From: an uncultured Gemmatimonadales bacterium
Lineage (GTDB): Bacteria; Gemmatimonadota; Gemmatimonadetes; Gemmatimonadales; GWC2-71-9
Assembly (NCBI GenBank): GCA_963795085.1
Contig: CAWCFX010000002.1
Location: 256,001-320,000 of the forward strand
DNA: 64,000 nucleotides
Reading direction: 5' to 3'
This document shows positions 9,762 to 19,600 of the stretch, one piece after another. A model generated the notes under the pieces. That model did not search any database. It saw nothing but the letters and a program-made list of their open reading frames with translations, and was not told where the DNA came from. The translations under genes and the position numbers were made by a program. The number at the start of each line of letters is the position of its first letter. The stretch's first letter is position 1.

Positions 9762-10478
9762 ATGACCGGCCCCGCGATTCACCGCTATTTCGAGGTCAGT
9801 TCCACCCTCGACGTGCTGCATGAGCTGGCCGGCCGGGGTGCGCCCCACGGCACGGTGGTCGTCGCCGGGGAGCAACGGGAGGGCCGGGGCACCCGGGGGC
9901 GCACCTGGTACTCGCCCCCCGGCGGGCTCTGGTATAGCATCCTGTATCGCCGGGTGGCCGAAAGCGCGCTGGAGCAGTTGAGTCTGCGCATCGGCCTTGG
10001 CGCGGTCCGGGCGGTGGAGTCGGTGGCCGGCGGGGTACGGCTGGGACTCAAGTGGCCCAACGACCTGATGCTGGGCGAGCGAAAGCTGGGGGGGATCCTC
10101 GGCGAGGCGCGCTGGCAGGGCGCCAGGCTGGCGTGGGTAGTCGTCGGCATCGGGATCAACGTCCAGAACCCGGTTCCCACCGACATGGCCAGCACCGCGG
10201 TGTCGCTGGCCGACCAGGTCCCGGGGCTGGCGCCCGGCGACCTCGTCCTGCCCCTCACGACGATGTTGCGGGAGATTTCGCAGGAGCGGGTCGGGCTCGA
10301 CGCGGGAGAATTGGCCGAGTTTCGCGGACGGGACTGGCTCATGGGGCGGCGGCTCACGGAACCGGTGCCGGGAATCGCGCGGGGGATCCGGCCCGACGGG
10401 GCGCTGCTGGTCGAGCAGGCCGACGGCAGCACCCTGCCGGTGCGGGCCGGCCAGCCGGGCCTGGCAAGCCCCGCCTGA
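9762..10478 (+). CDS. birA: Biotin-[acetyl-CoA carboxylase] ligase without N-terminal HTH
   Basis: QREGRGTRGRTW, KWPND, KLGGIL, GIGINV. Confidence 0.92.
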   Translation: MTGPAIHRYFEVSSTLDVLHELAGRGAPHGTVVVAGEQREGRGTRGRTWYSPPGGLWYSILYRRVAESALEQLSLRIGLGAVRAVESVAGGVRLGLKWPNDLMLGERKLGGILGEARWQGARLAWVVVGIGINVQNPVPTDMASTAVSLADQVPGLAPGDLVLPLTTMLREISQERVGLDAGELAEFRGRDWLMGRRLTEPVPGIARGIRPDGALLVEQADGSTLPVRAGQPGLASPA

Positions 10479-10525
10479 AGCCATCGCCGCCGACCCATCA
10501 CGCTGCATCTACGCCGGGATCTCTC

Positions 10526-11305
10526 ATGCTGCTCGCGCTCGACATCGGCAATTCGGAAATCACGGTGGGGCTGTTTCGGGGCGAGAGCCTGGCCGCCCAC
10601 TGGCGGCTCACCACCAACCCCGACCGGACTTCGGACGAGTGGGGCAGTGCCATCGGCGCGTTCCTGCTCCAGGCCGGTCACTCGCCCAACGAGGTTCGGG
10701 CCTGCTGCCTGGCCTCGGTGGCGCCCCAGGTGACTCAGAGCGTGGTGAGCGGGCTGGAGGTCCTGACCGGCGTGCGGCCCGTCACCATTACCCCCCGGAC
10801 GCCGCTGCCGATCCGGCTCGATGTCGATGAACCGATGAGCGTGGGCGCCGACCGGATTGTCAATGCGCTGGCCGCGCTGGCCCGGTTCGAGCACGATACG
10901 GTCGTCGTGGACTTCGGGACGGCCACCACCTTCGATTGCGTCACCGCGGACGGCCGTTTCATCGGCGGCGCCATCATGCCCGGCCTGCGTACCTCCGCGG
11001 ACCAGTTGACCCGCCGGGCCGCCAAACTCCCCGCCACGGAACTGGCCCCGCCGGAACGGGCCATCGGGCGCCGCACCGAGGACTGCATTCGGGCCGGTGT
11101 GCTCTATGGAGCCGCCGACTCGGTGGATGGCATGATCACCCGGATTCGCCGCGAATGGCCTGGCGGCGCGGTCCCCAAGGTCGTCGCCACCGGAGGCCTG
11201 GCGCCCATTGTCACCCCCTTCACCAGCCTGGTGGACGCGGTGGATCCCGACCTGACCCTCCGCGGCCTGCGGATCGCGGCCCGCCATCTGAACCTGGAAT
11301 GGTGA
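10526..11305 (+). CDS. coaX: Type III pantothenate kinase
   Basis: LALDIGNS, VGADR, VVDFGTATTFD, GGAIMPG, ATGG, LTLRGL. Confidence 0.95.
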   Translation: MLLALDIGNSEITVGLFRGESLAAHWRLTTNPDRTSDEWGSAIGAFLLQAGHSPNEVRACCLASVAPQVTQSVVSGLEVLTGVRPVTITPRTPLPIRLDVDEPMSVGADRIVNALAALARFEHDTVVVDFGTATTFDCVTADGRFIGGAIMPGLRTSADQLTRRAAKLPATELAPPERAIGRRTEDCIRAGVLYGAADSVDGMITRIRREWPGGAVPKVVATGGLAPIVTPFTSLVDAVDPDLTLRGLRIAARHLNLEW

Positions 11306-12240
11306 CGTATCCCGCCTGGGCTCTCGCCAGCCCGGCGCGGCGGTGGGCCTACCGGCTCCTGGGTCCCGCCCTTTCCTATTTCCTGCACCTGCGCCCCGCC
11401 GAATGGCCGATCATGGCCGGGCATACGCTCCTCGGCTACCTCCTCGCCACCGGCTGGCCGGGCGCCACCCAGGCATGGGCATGGAGACAGGGCCTGCTGG
11501 GACTGGCGCTGTGGGTGGTGTGCCTCAACGGCGGGACGCTCGCCATCAATTCCGCGTTCGACAAGGATGAAGGGGACGTCGGCTATCTTCGCCGGCCGCC
11601 GCCGCCCCCGCGATATCTCCTCGCCGTGGGTCTGGGCCTGATGGCTGCGGGGCAGGGGCTGGCCTTTCTGTTGCCGCGGGAGTTTGCCTGGGCGTACGGC
11701 GTCTGCTTCCTGCTCTCGGTCGCCTACTCGGTGCCGCCGCTCCGGCTCAAGGCGGTGGCCGGCGCCGACCTGCTCATCAACATGTGGGGCTTCGGGACCC
11801 TGACGCCCTACGCCGGCTGGGCGGCCACCGGCCTCCCGCTGCCGGCCTGGGGCCTCCTGGTCCTGCTGGCCTTCGCCCCTCTGTTCGCGGCCCTCTATCC
11901 GCTCACCCAGCTCTACCAGTTCGACGAAGACCAGCGGCGGGGCGACCGCACCCTCGCTCTCCGCCTGGGCATGGGACGGAGCCTCGATGTCGCGCTGGCC
12001 ATGACCCTGGTCGCGTTCGCGCTCCTGGGGTGGGCCGGCCGGAGTGCGGGCTGGGACTCGGGGGACGGCGGGCGGTGGTCCCTGCTCGCCTTCGCCCTGC
12101 TGCTCTGGCTGGTGATCCTGCTGCCGTGGCGGAGCCGGTTCCGCCGGCTCTCCCCAGGTGAGCACCAGCACGGCATGTATCGCGCACTCGGCGCCTGGGC
12201 GGTGACGGACGTGGCGGTGCTGCTGGCCTTCGGGCTCTAG
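11299..12240 (+). CDS. UbiA-family prenyltransferase, substrate unknown
   Basis: Polytopic. Asp-rich motifs NSAFDKDEGD and YQFDEDQRRGDRT, plus YSVPPLRLK. Confidence 0.8.
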   Translation: MVTYPAWALASPARRWAYRLLGPALSYFLHLRPAEWPIMAGHTLLGYLLATGWPGATQAWAWRQGLLGLALWVVCLNGGTLAINSAFDKDEGDVGYLRRPPPPPRYLLAVGLGLMAAGQGLAFLLPREFAWAYGVCFLLSVAYSVPPLRLKAVAGADLLINMWGFGTLTPYAGWAATGLPLPAWGLLVLLAFAPLFAALYPLTQLYQFDEDQRRGDRTLALRLGMGRSLDVALAMTLVAFALLGWAGRSAGWDSGDGGRWSLLAFALLLWLVILLPWRSRFRRLSPGEHQHGMYRALGAWAVTDVAVLLAFGL

Positions 12241-12353
12241 CCCGCCAGACCTACCCGCAAGCCGCTGCTCTGGTTATCGTTAAGCCGCTTGGCCCGACTC
12301 CGTCGGTGCGCGCCGCCGACCTCCATTTCTCGTCGCCCCTAGCCCCTGAGGCC

Positions 12354-12977
12354 ATGACCAGCGCTGCTGCGGCTCACTCCGACCGAATCGACATTCCCCG
12401 GGTTGTCCGGCTGGCGATCGTGCTGGGCATCATCCAGACCGTCATCGTCGCGCTCTTCGCCGTGGTTACCCGCCTGTTCGACGGGCCGGTCGAGAAGGCC
12501 CTCGAGGCGGTCCTGCTGGTGATCGGGCTGGCCGCGACCATCCTGCTGCCGGGTCTCTGGACCCGGGCCCGCACCATCGACGGGATCGCCGCGGCGGCCG
12601 GGATCGGCCTCAGCGCCACGGTCGTGTTCCTTCTGCTGGACGTGGCGCTGTTGCAGCCGCTGGGCGCCTACACGTTCCGGTGGCGCGATATCGGCGGCGG
12701 CAGCAACTGGTGGTACCACCCGGTCTGGTGGATGGCCGGGACGTATCTCGCCTGGATGGGCGCGTTTATCCTGGCCAATCAGACCGCCCGGCGCGGGCAG
12801 CCCTCGGTGGCCGGCCTCGCCATGCTGGTGGTCATCGCCGCGCTGGTCCTCGGCGCCCTGGCCACGCTGGTCCATTTCCCCGGCGCCGGCTGGAACATCC
12901 CGACTTTCGGCATTGCCGTCCTGCCTGCGCTGGCGGTGGCGACCGCGGTCAGCGGGCTGGGAGCGCGGCGGCCGTGA
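12354..12977 (+). CDS. Uncharacterised polytopic membrane protein
   Basis: About 6 hydrophobic segments and a Trp-rich loop (WRDIGGGSNWWYHPVWW). Confidence 0.75.
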   Translation: MTSAAAAHSDRIDIPRVVRLAIVLGIIQTVIVALFAVVTRLFDGPVEKALEAVLLVIGLAATILLPGLWTRARTIDGIAAAAGIGLSATVVFLLLDVALLQPLGAYTFRWRDIGGGSNWWYHPVWWMAGTYLAWMGAFILANQTARRGQPSVAGLAMLVVIAALVLGALATLVHFPGAGWNIPTFGIAVLPALAVATAVSGLGARRP

Positions 12978-12981
12978 GCCG

Positions 12982-13296
12982 ATGCGGATAGCCCGGTTTC
13001 TCGCCCGGCTGGTCGGTTGGCTGCTCACGCCGCTCATCGCGTGGGCAGCTTCGTTTATCGGCGCCCTCTTCGGGGCGTTCCTGGCCAGGACCATCACCTC
13101 GCCCGGTGTCGGTATCGCGGTGACGCTGCTCTGCGGCGCGATCGCCGGACTGGGAACCCTGGGCCTGGTGATTCACTACCTGCGCCGCTCGCCCAAGCTG
13201 CGACAGGCGCTCCATGTCACCGAGGATGCGATCCCGGATACGTCCGAGTTTCTGGCCGACGACGTGCCCTCCTCGCCGCCGGGGCAGGGATCGTGA
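12982..13296 (+). CDS. Small membrane protein
   Basis: Two hydrophobic segments. Starts 4 nt after the previous stop. Confidence 0.7.
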   Translation: MRIARFLARLVGWLLTPLIAWAASFIGALFGAFLARTITSPGVGIAVTLLCGAIAGLGTLGLVIHYLRRSPKLRQALHVTEDAIPDTSEFLADDVPSSPPGQGS

Positions 13297-13658
13297 AGAC
13301 CAGCGTCGCCATCCTGGGAATCCTGACCGCCTGCGGCGGTGACCCGGCACCGGCGCGGTCGGAGCGCCCGGCGCCGCCCGTGCCGATGGACAGCCTGGTC
13401 CTGACGACGGGAGACGGCACCGAGATCTGGTTCGCCGGAGCCATGCACGACTCCGCCGCCTCCGGAGAACCCTGCGTCGCCCACGCGGTGCAGATTCGCC
13501 GCGATGGCCACACCACGCCGGTGCCCCTGTTCTATGCCACCGAAGCACCGACCGTTCACGACGACAGCACCATCCGGGCAACGCTCGTGAGGCACTGCGC
13601 TCCCGCCGGGACCTACCTGGTCCATCTCGGGACCGGCCAGCCGGAGCGGGTCGAGTGA
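13293..13658 (+). CDS. Small lipoprotein
   Basis: GTGA overlap with the upstream gene, lipobox LTA-C, two further Cys. Confidence 0.7.
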   Translation: MKTSVAILGILTACGGDPAPARSERPAPPVPMDSLVLTTGDGTEIWFAGAMHDSAASGEPCVAHAVQIRRDGHTTPVPLFYATEAPTVHDDSTIRATLVRHCAPAGTYLVHLGTGQPERVE

Positions 13659-14632
13659 CCCGGGCCCGCGTGGTTCTGTTCGTCCTGCTGGCCGCCCTGG
13701 CGGGCCCGCGGCACCTTGCTGGCCAGGGCGTCATCGTCGAGGTCGGCCGGATGTTCTCCAGCCCGGACTGGACCACCTATCGGGTCGGGTTCACCCAGCC
13801 GCTCGCGGGCGCGCTGGGCTATACCCTCTATGGCGTACATGCGGGAGAAGCAGGGTCCGGCGGCCGGGGACTCTGGGGCCCGGGCGCCGATCTCACCGTT
13901 TTTCGCGGCGGAGTGCCGGGGCCCTATCTCGCGGCGGGACTCTCCGGCGGACTGGCCACCGGCGACGGCAATCAGTTCTGGGGCTCCTGGTCGGCGGGGA
14001 TGGGATACGAACTGCGGCCGGCCGGCCCTTTCTCATTGGGGGCCGAAGGGCGCTGGCGGGAACTGGAGTATGCCAGTGGCCGGGGCGGCGTGGAGATCGC
14101 GCTCCGGATTGGCGTCGAGTTCGGCGGGGGTCGCTCTGCCCCGGTTCCCACCCGCCCGGCCCCCGCGCCGACAGCCGGGAGTTCGGCTCCGATTCCGCTC
14201 CGCACTACGGTCGAACGCTCCGGAGTCCCCGCCGAGCGGGCCGGGACGGTCACCTCCGTGCTGGAGACCGCGCTGGAGGCCATGGGCACGCCCTACAAGT
14301 GGGGCGGGTCCGGCGAGGCCGATGGCGGGTTCGATTGTTCCGGCCTCATCCAGTATGCCTACGGTCAGCACGGCATCGCGCTGCCGCGGCGCAGCGCCGA
14401 CCAGGCGGGGCAGGGGAGCCGGGTGGACAAGCGGCTGGATGCCCTGCGGCCCGGTGATATCCTGACCTTCAGCAACGGCGGCGGGAGGGTTACCCATGTG
14501 GGACTGTACCTGGGCGATGGCCGGTTCATCCACAGCGCCAACGATGGTGTCCAGGTCAGCCTCCTCAGCGCCGACGATCCCTACGGCCGCTGGTGGTGGC
14601 GCCGGTGGGTGGGAGCCCGGCGGGTGGTCTAG
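13655..14632 (+). CDS. NlpC/P60 (C40) peptidase with predicted N-terminal outer-membrane beta-barrel
   Basis: Signal peptide, amphipathic beta segments, Pro-rich linker, then GTPYKWGG, GFDCSG, HVGLYLGDGRFIHSA. Confidence 0.85.
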   Translation: MTRARVVLFVLLAALAGPRHLAGQGVIVEVGRMFSSPDWTTYRVGFTQPLAGALGYTLYGVHAGEAGSGGRGLWGPGADLTVFRGGVPGPYLAAGLSGGLATGDGNQFWGSWSAGMGYELRPAGPFSLGAEGRWRELEYASGRGGVEIALRIGVEFGGGRSAPVPTRPAPAPTAGSSAPIPLRTTVERSGVPAERAGTVTSVLETALEAMGTPYKWGGSGEADGGFDCSGLIQYAYGQHGIALPRRSADQAGQGSRVDKRLDALRPGDILTFSNGGGRVTHVGLYLGDGRFIHSANDGVQVSLLSADDPYGRWWWRRWVGARRVV

Positions 14633-15654
14633 TGGCGGTGGTCGTGGCTCTCGCCGCGCGCCTCCAGGGACGCGAGGTCTTGCAGGTACACCGGGTCTTC
14701 CGGGTCAATGTCCGGGAGACTGGAGAGATCATCAGGCGCGAAGAGACCCACCATGTGGGCCATGCCGCCGTTACGCAGGGTTTCCCCGCTGGGATTGTCG
14801 TACTCGGCCGTGACCCGGTAGCGGTGCCCCGCGCGCAGTTTGATCCCGGCTCCGCGGATGCCGAAGAGGCGCCGGCCCATGCCGCTCACGTTGCCCTTCC
14901 GATCCACCTTCGGCTCCACCCGGGTGATGATCTTGCCTGACTCGGCGTCCTCCAGCCGGACCACGACCCCATAGTTGTGCAGGTGCCCGCTCACGGCCAG
15001 CAGCCGACCGCCGGTGGGCAGCGTGAATTCGTGCGACTGAGTCGAGCGGCCGGGCGGAATATTGAAGGTGTTCGTGCCGCCCACGGTCAGGTTCACGTCC
15101 ATGTACAGCGGGAGGACGCTCAGCGGCCGCGGGTTCTGGTTCCGGGGAATCCACTTCATCGTAAGCCGGAGGCGCACCCCCTCGAGGTCCATCCCGGTAT
15201 CGTTGTGCCAGGCCACATAGAGGCCCATGCGGGTGTCTTGGGCAAAGGGCACCCCGATGGAACGGGGCACCGAGGCATCCTCGGTTTCGGCCCCCGCCCC
15301 GAAGACCCGCTCCGCCATGGAATACAGCAGCTGCCGACGGTCAAAATTCAGAATCACCACGTGGTGCATCAGGTGCCGGGGCAGCGGGCGGCCGTCCCGG
15401 TCCATCACCTCGAAGCGAAACCCGCGGAGCCAGCCGTCCACCGGCCAGCGAAACCGTTCCACCGGCGTGTCGTGGGTGGACCCGTGGTCCATCATGCCTT
15501 CGGGCGAAGCGGGCATGGATGGCAGGCGAAAGGGGCCGGTCGTCACCACGAGTTCATGGCGCGACGAGTCAATCCGAACTGTCGTGGTGGGATCACCCGA
15601 GCCGCCCTGTGGGGAGGCGGCGCCGGCGAGGCCCAATATCAGGGGCAACAGCAT
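14629..15654 (-). CDS. Exported protein, PHM/copper type II monooxygenase-like
   Basis: Signal peptide, then MHHVV, AWHN, GHLH and GGMAHM in PHM ligand order. Confidence 0.6.
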   Translation of the reverse strand: MLLPLILGLAGAASPQGGSGDPTTTVRIDSSRHELVVTTGPFRLPSMPASPEGMMDHGSTHDTPVERFRWPVDGWLRGFRFEVMDRDGRPLPRHLMHHVVILNFDRRQLLYSMAERVFGAGAETEDASVPRSIGVPFAQDTRMGLYVAWHNDTGMDLEGVRLRLTMKWIPRNQNPRPLSVLPLYMDVNLTVGGTNTFNIPPGRSTQSHEFTLPTGGRLLAVSGHLHNYGVVVRLEDAESGKIITRVEPKVDRKGNVSGMGRRLFGIRGAGIKLRAGHRYRVTAEYDNPSGETLRNGGMAHMVGLFAPDDLSSLPDIDPEDPVYLQDLASLEARGESHDHRH

Positions 15655-15715
15655 GCTACACTCCCCGGGGTTGAATGAGCGCTTTCGATTATCTTCAGGT
15701 CCATCCTAATCTCCC

Positions 15716-16582
15716 ATGACACTCCTCAAAGTCAACCCGCACGGTCACTTGCGCTGCGCCACCGACCTCATGCTCGTCTGCCTGGCCACGCTCGGTGTCC
15801 CAGCTACGTCCAGGGCGCAGGATCGGTTTTTCCCCGATGTTGCGTCCTTCGAGCTCCCCATCGCCGCACCCCGGCCGGCGGCCTTTTCGGGCCGGATCAT
15901 CAAGGAATCCATCGGGGACGACGCCTTCGGCGATGAAGTGGAAGCGGATGTCGGCATCGGCGAGAATTTTCCGATACTGGCAGTACGGCGGGGGCGGCGG
16001 CCGGTGACGCTGGGGTTCGGGGTCGTGGCGAGTGGCCGCTTCAGCCTGGACGACTCCCGCACCGCGCTGATCAGCAACGACTGGCAGGTGGGGTTCACCC
16101 TGCATGCCGATCTGGCGCCTTGGGAGCTGGCGCTCGAGGCGTATCACGAGAGCAGCCACCTCGGCGACGAATACATCCAGCGGTTTGGCGCCAGCCGGCT
16201 GGACTGGACCCGCGAGGTGGTGGCCCTCTGGGCCGGGTACCGCACCGGCGGGCTCCGGTTCATGGGGTCGGTGGGGAATGCCGTGGTGGACGAGCTTGGA
16301 CTGTCGCCCTGGCTTGGACAGGCCGGGGTGGACTACCGGGCCGGCCGGGTGTCACCGCTGGGCCTGGCGGCCCAGCCGCTCCTCGGGATCTACGTCGCCG
16401 GCGGCTCGGCGACCGGCTGGCGGCTCAGCACCTCCGCCAAGCTGGGTCTGGCATTCTCGGGCGCCCGTGTGGGAAGGGAGCTACGCCTGTCGCTGGTGGG
16501 CCACGATGGCCTCTCCACCCAGCGCCAATTCTACCGGTCCCGGAGCCGGTATGTGGGTATGGAAATTGAGTTTCAACTGTAA
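15716..16582 (+). CDS. DUF1207-like outer-membrane beta-barrel protein
   Basis: YHESSHLGDE motif and C-terminal beta-signal (YVGMEIEFQL). Start may be 15770. Confidence 0.7.
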   Translation: MTLLKVNPHGHLRCATDLMLVCLATLGVPATSRAQDRFFPDVASFELPIAAPRPAAFSGRIIKESIGDDAFGDEVEADVGIGENFPILAVRRGRRPVTLGFGVVASGRFSLDDSRTALISNDWQVGFTLHADLAPWELALEAYHESSHLGDEYIQRFGASRLDWTREVVALWAGYRTGGLRFMGSVGNAVVDELGLSPWLGQAGVDYRAGRVSPLGLAAQPLLGIYVAGGSATGWRLSTSAKLGLAFSGARVGRELRLSLVGHDGLSTQRQFYRSRSRYVGMEIEFQL

Positions 16583-16688
16583 GAAATGCGGGCAAAGGGC
16601 CACGGGGGAAGAGGGATAGGGGGGCGGCCCTCTCTATTGACAGGCCTTCGGCCAAGCGGCACCTTCTGGCACCCTGATTCCGGAACCC

Positions 16689-19600
16689 ATGAGATCTCTG
16701 CGCTGGGCCAGCCTTTCGGCGTGCCTCAGGATCGCCGCCGTATGTGTGCTTCCGTTCCTGCTGGCCACCTGCGGGGAGGACAACCCGTCGGGCCCCTCGG
16801 GGAGTCCTGTCGTGGGGCGGATGGAGTTCGTGTCCGGCCCGATCCTGTCGGGCGGTTTTTTTGGGCCCAACCTGCCGATTGACCGGGTCCATGTCGTCAT
16901 TGTGCGGCCTCCCAGCACCATCGTCAAGGACACCAGCAGGGCCTTCAATCCCAACGCCAACCAGCTTCGCCTCGACCTGCCGATCCTGCTTCGGGCGGCC
17001 GCCGAATCCTTGGACGTCACGCTGGAGTTGTTGAGCGGTACGACCGTGCTGTTCAGCGGCACCAGCCGGCTGGAGGCGCGGAGCGGCCCGCCGTCCACCA
17101 CGCCGCCACCCGCCATTCCGCTCGTCTTCATCGGGCCGGGTTCCGACCTGGCCAGCCTCCTGCTGGAACCGGTGGACAGCACCCTGACCCAGGGCGACAG
17201 CCTGAGCATGCGCGTCTCGGCTACCGACATTAGCCAGGCGCCGGTGCCGTCGTTCTATGTCGGGTGGAGCTCGAGCGACACGACCGTCGCGACGGTAAAC
17301 GGGGCAGGCGTGGTGCGGGGCAGGGTCCCGCGAGGCATGGTCTATATCCGGGCCCGGTCACCCGCCACGCTCCAGGCTCCCACCGGGGTGGTGGAGAGCA
17401 CCACAGTTTCGCTGACCCCGGCCCCGGCCAGCCTGCTCAAGACCGCAGGAGACAATCAGGGCGCCCCGGTCAACTCGCTGCTGCCCCAGCTGCTGGAGGT
17501 CGAGGTCCGGGGTTCGGACAACCTGCCGGTGGCGGGGGTTACGGTGGCCTTTGCCGCGCTGAGCCCGGGGGCCATCGTGGACAGCGCCACGGCCACGACC
17601 GACCAGGCCGGCCGGGCCCGCACGGGTGCTACCCTGGGCGGGACCGTCGGAGTCCAGACCTTTACGGCCACGGTGGCCGGACTGCCGGTCGCGACCTTCA
17701 CGGCCACCGCCTCGTCGGCGCCGGCGCCGACCTGGACGGGTGCGGTCTCGACCGACTGGCACACACCCGCCAACTGGAACCTGGGCTTTGTCCCTGCCTC
17801 GGCTGACAGCGTGACCATTCCCGCGGGGCCGGCCAACCAGCCGGTCGTGTCGGTCAGCAACGCCACCACCGGAGCCCTGCTCAACAACGGGACGATCACC
17901 CTCAGCGGCAGCGCCGCCATCACGGCCTTCGGCAACGTGCGGGGCAGCGGGACGATCACCGGCGGCGGCAACGCCGTCCTGGCGATGCCGCTGGCCGGCA
18001 CCATGCTGGACCTTTCGTCGGTTCCCAACGTGTTCATCAGCGCGGCGGTCACCCTGGGACGCACGGTGAACGTCACCGGGCAGCTGAACATCGGCAGCTC
18101 GGGCTCCCTGGCGTTCGCTAACCATACCGCGAACGTGTCGAGTTCGTTCTCCACCACCGGGGCCGCCACCATCGTCATGACCAGTCCCACCGACTCGCTC
18201 AAGGTCCAGGGTTCCGTCCTGTTCGACGGCGGCAACACCCTGGGGCTGATCACCAGCGGGGTGATCTTCGTGCGGGGCGACTTCACCCAGGGCGCCACTA
18301 CCTCGGCCCGGAGCTACGCTCCGACCGGCAACCATCTCGTCGTGCTCAACGGCACCAGCACCCAGGATATCGCGTTTGCCACACCCGGGGCGGCCGGTTC
18401 CAACTTCGAGACCGTGGTCCTGGCCAACCCGTCAGGCAACATCCACCTGCTGAGCGACATCTTCCAGGCGGGGCCGGTTGCCTTTGCGCCCGGCGTGCCC
18501 CGGATCGTCCACGGCAACGGGCACACCCTGTTCACCGCGGAACTGCTGGCGAACAATGCCACGCTGGACGACCTGCTCGTGGTGGCGAACAACGTCCAGA
18601 TCACCCAGTTCGACAGCATCACGTTCACCAACTACTCGCCGTCCGCGACGCCGCTGACGATCCTGCATCCCGGCGCGGCCACGCCATTCGTCTTCAACAA
18701 CCTGGTCTTCACGGTGACGCCGACGACCGGGTTCTACATGAGCGTGACCGACAACGCCGCCGACGCCAACACCCTGACCATCGAGATGGTGAACCCCACG
18801 CCGGGAGCCCCGGGCGGGTTGGTGCAGACCGCGGGCGGGGCGGTGGTCAACTGGCCCGCCGTGACGCCGGGAGCGCGGGACTGGACTGGTGCCGTTTCTA
18901 CCGATTGGTCCAACCCGGCCAACTGGAATCCGGCCCTCGTCCCGACCGGCCTCGACGATGTCACCATTACCCCGGCGACGAACCAGCCGGTGCTGACGGC
19001 TGCGTCGGCCGCCAACAGCGTGGTGATCTCCGGGCTGGGCGCCAGCCTGACCATTGGCGGACGGACCCTGACGGTGAACAGCCTGATCACCCACACCGAC
19101 GGGCTGCTGGTGATGACCAACCCGGCGGACCTGGTGGTGGTCAACGGCCCCGCGACGTTCCAGGGCGGCGATCAGACCGGCCTCCTGAGCGCCGGTGAGC
19201 TGCGGGTGGACGGGGATTTCAACCAGCAGCAGCAGACCACCAACAATAGTTTCGTGGCCAGCGGCTCCCACCGCACGGTCCTCACCGGCTCGATTCTCCA
19301 GGGTGTGCGGTTCTGCTGTTCCGCGGGAGCGTCGGGCTTCCGGAACCTGGACCTCTCGGGCTCCGCCGGTATCAATTACCAGTTCTCCGGGAACGGGGTC
19401 CAGGTCTTCGACACCCTGATCGCGCAGGTCGGCGCCGGCCCGGCGCCGCTGCTGTACGCCCTGGGCAACACACTGACCGCCGCACGCCTGCGAGTGGACA
19501 AGCTGATCGTGGACCGGGGGACACTGGTCCTGAATGAAGGCGGTGTCCCGGCCACCCAGCAGTTCAACAACGTCACGTTTCAGAACTATCTCACGTCCCA

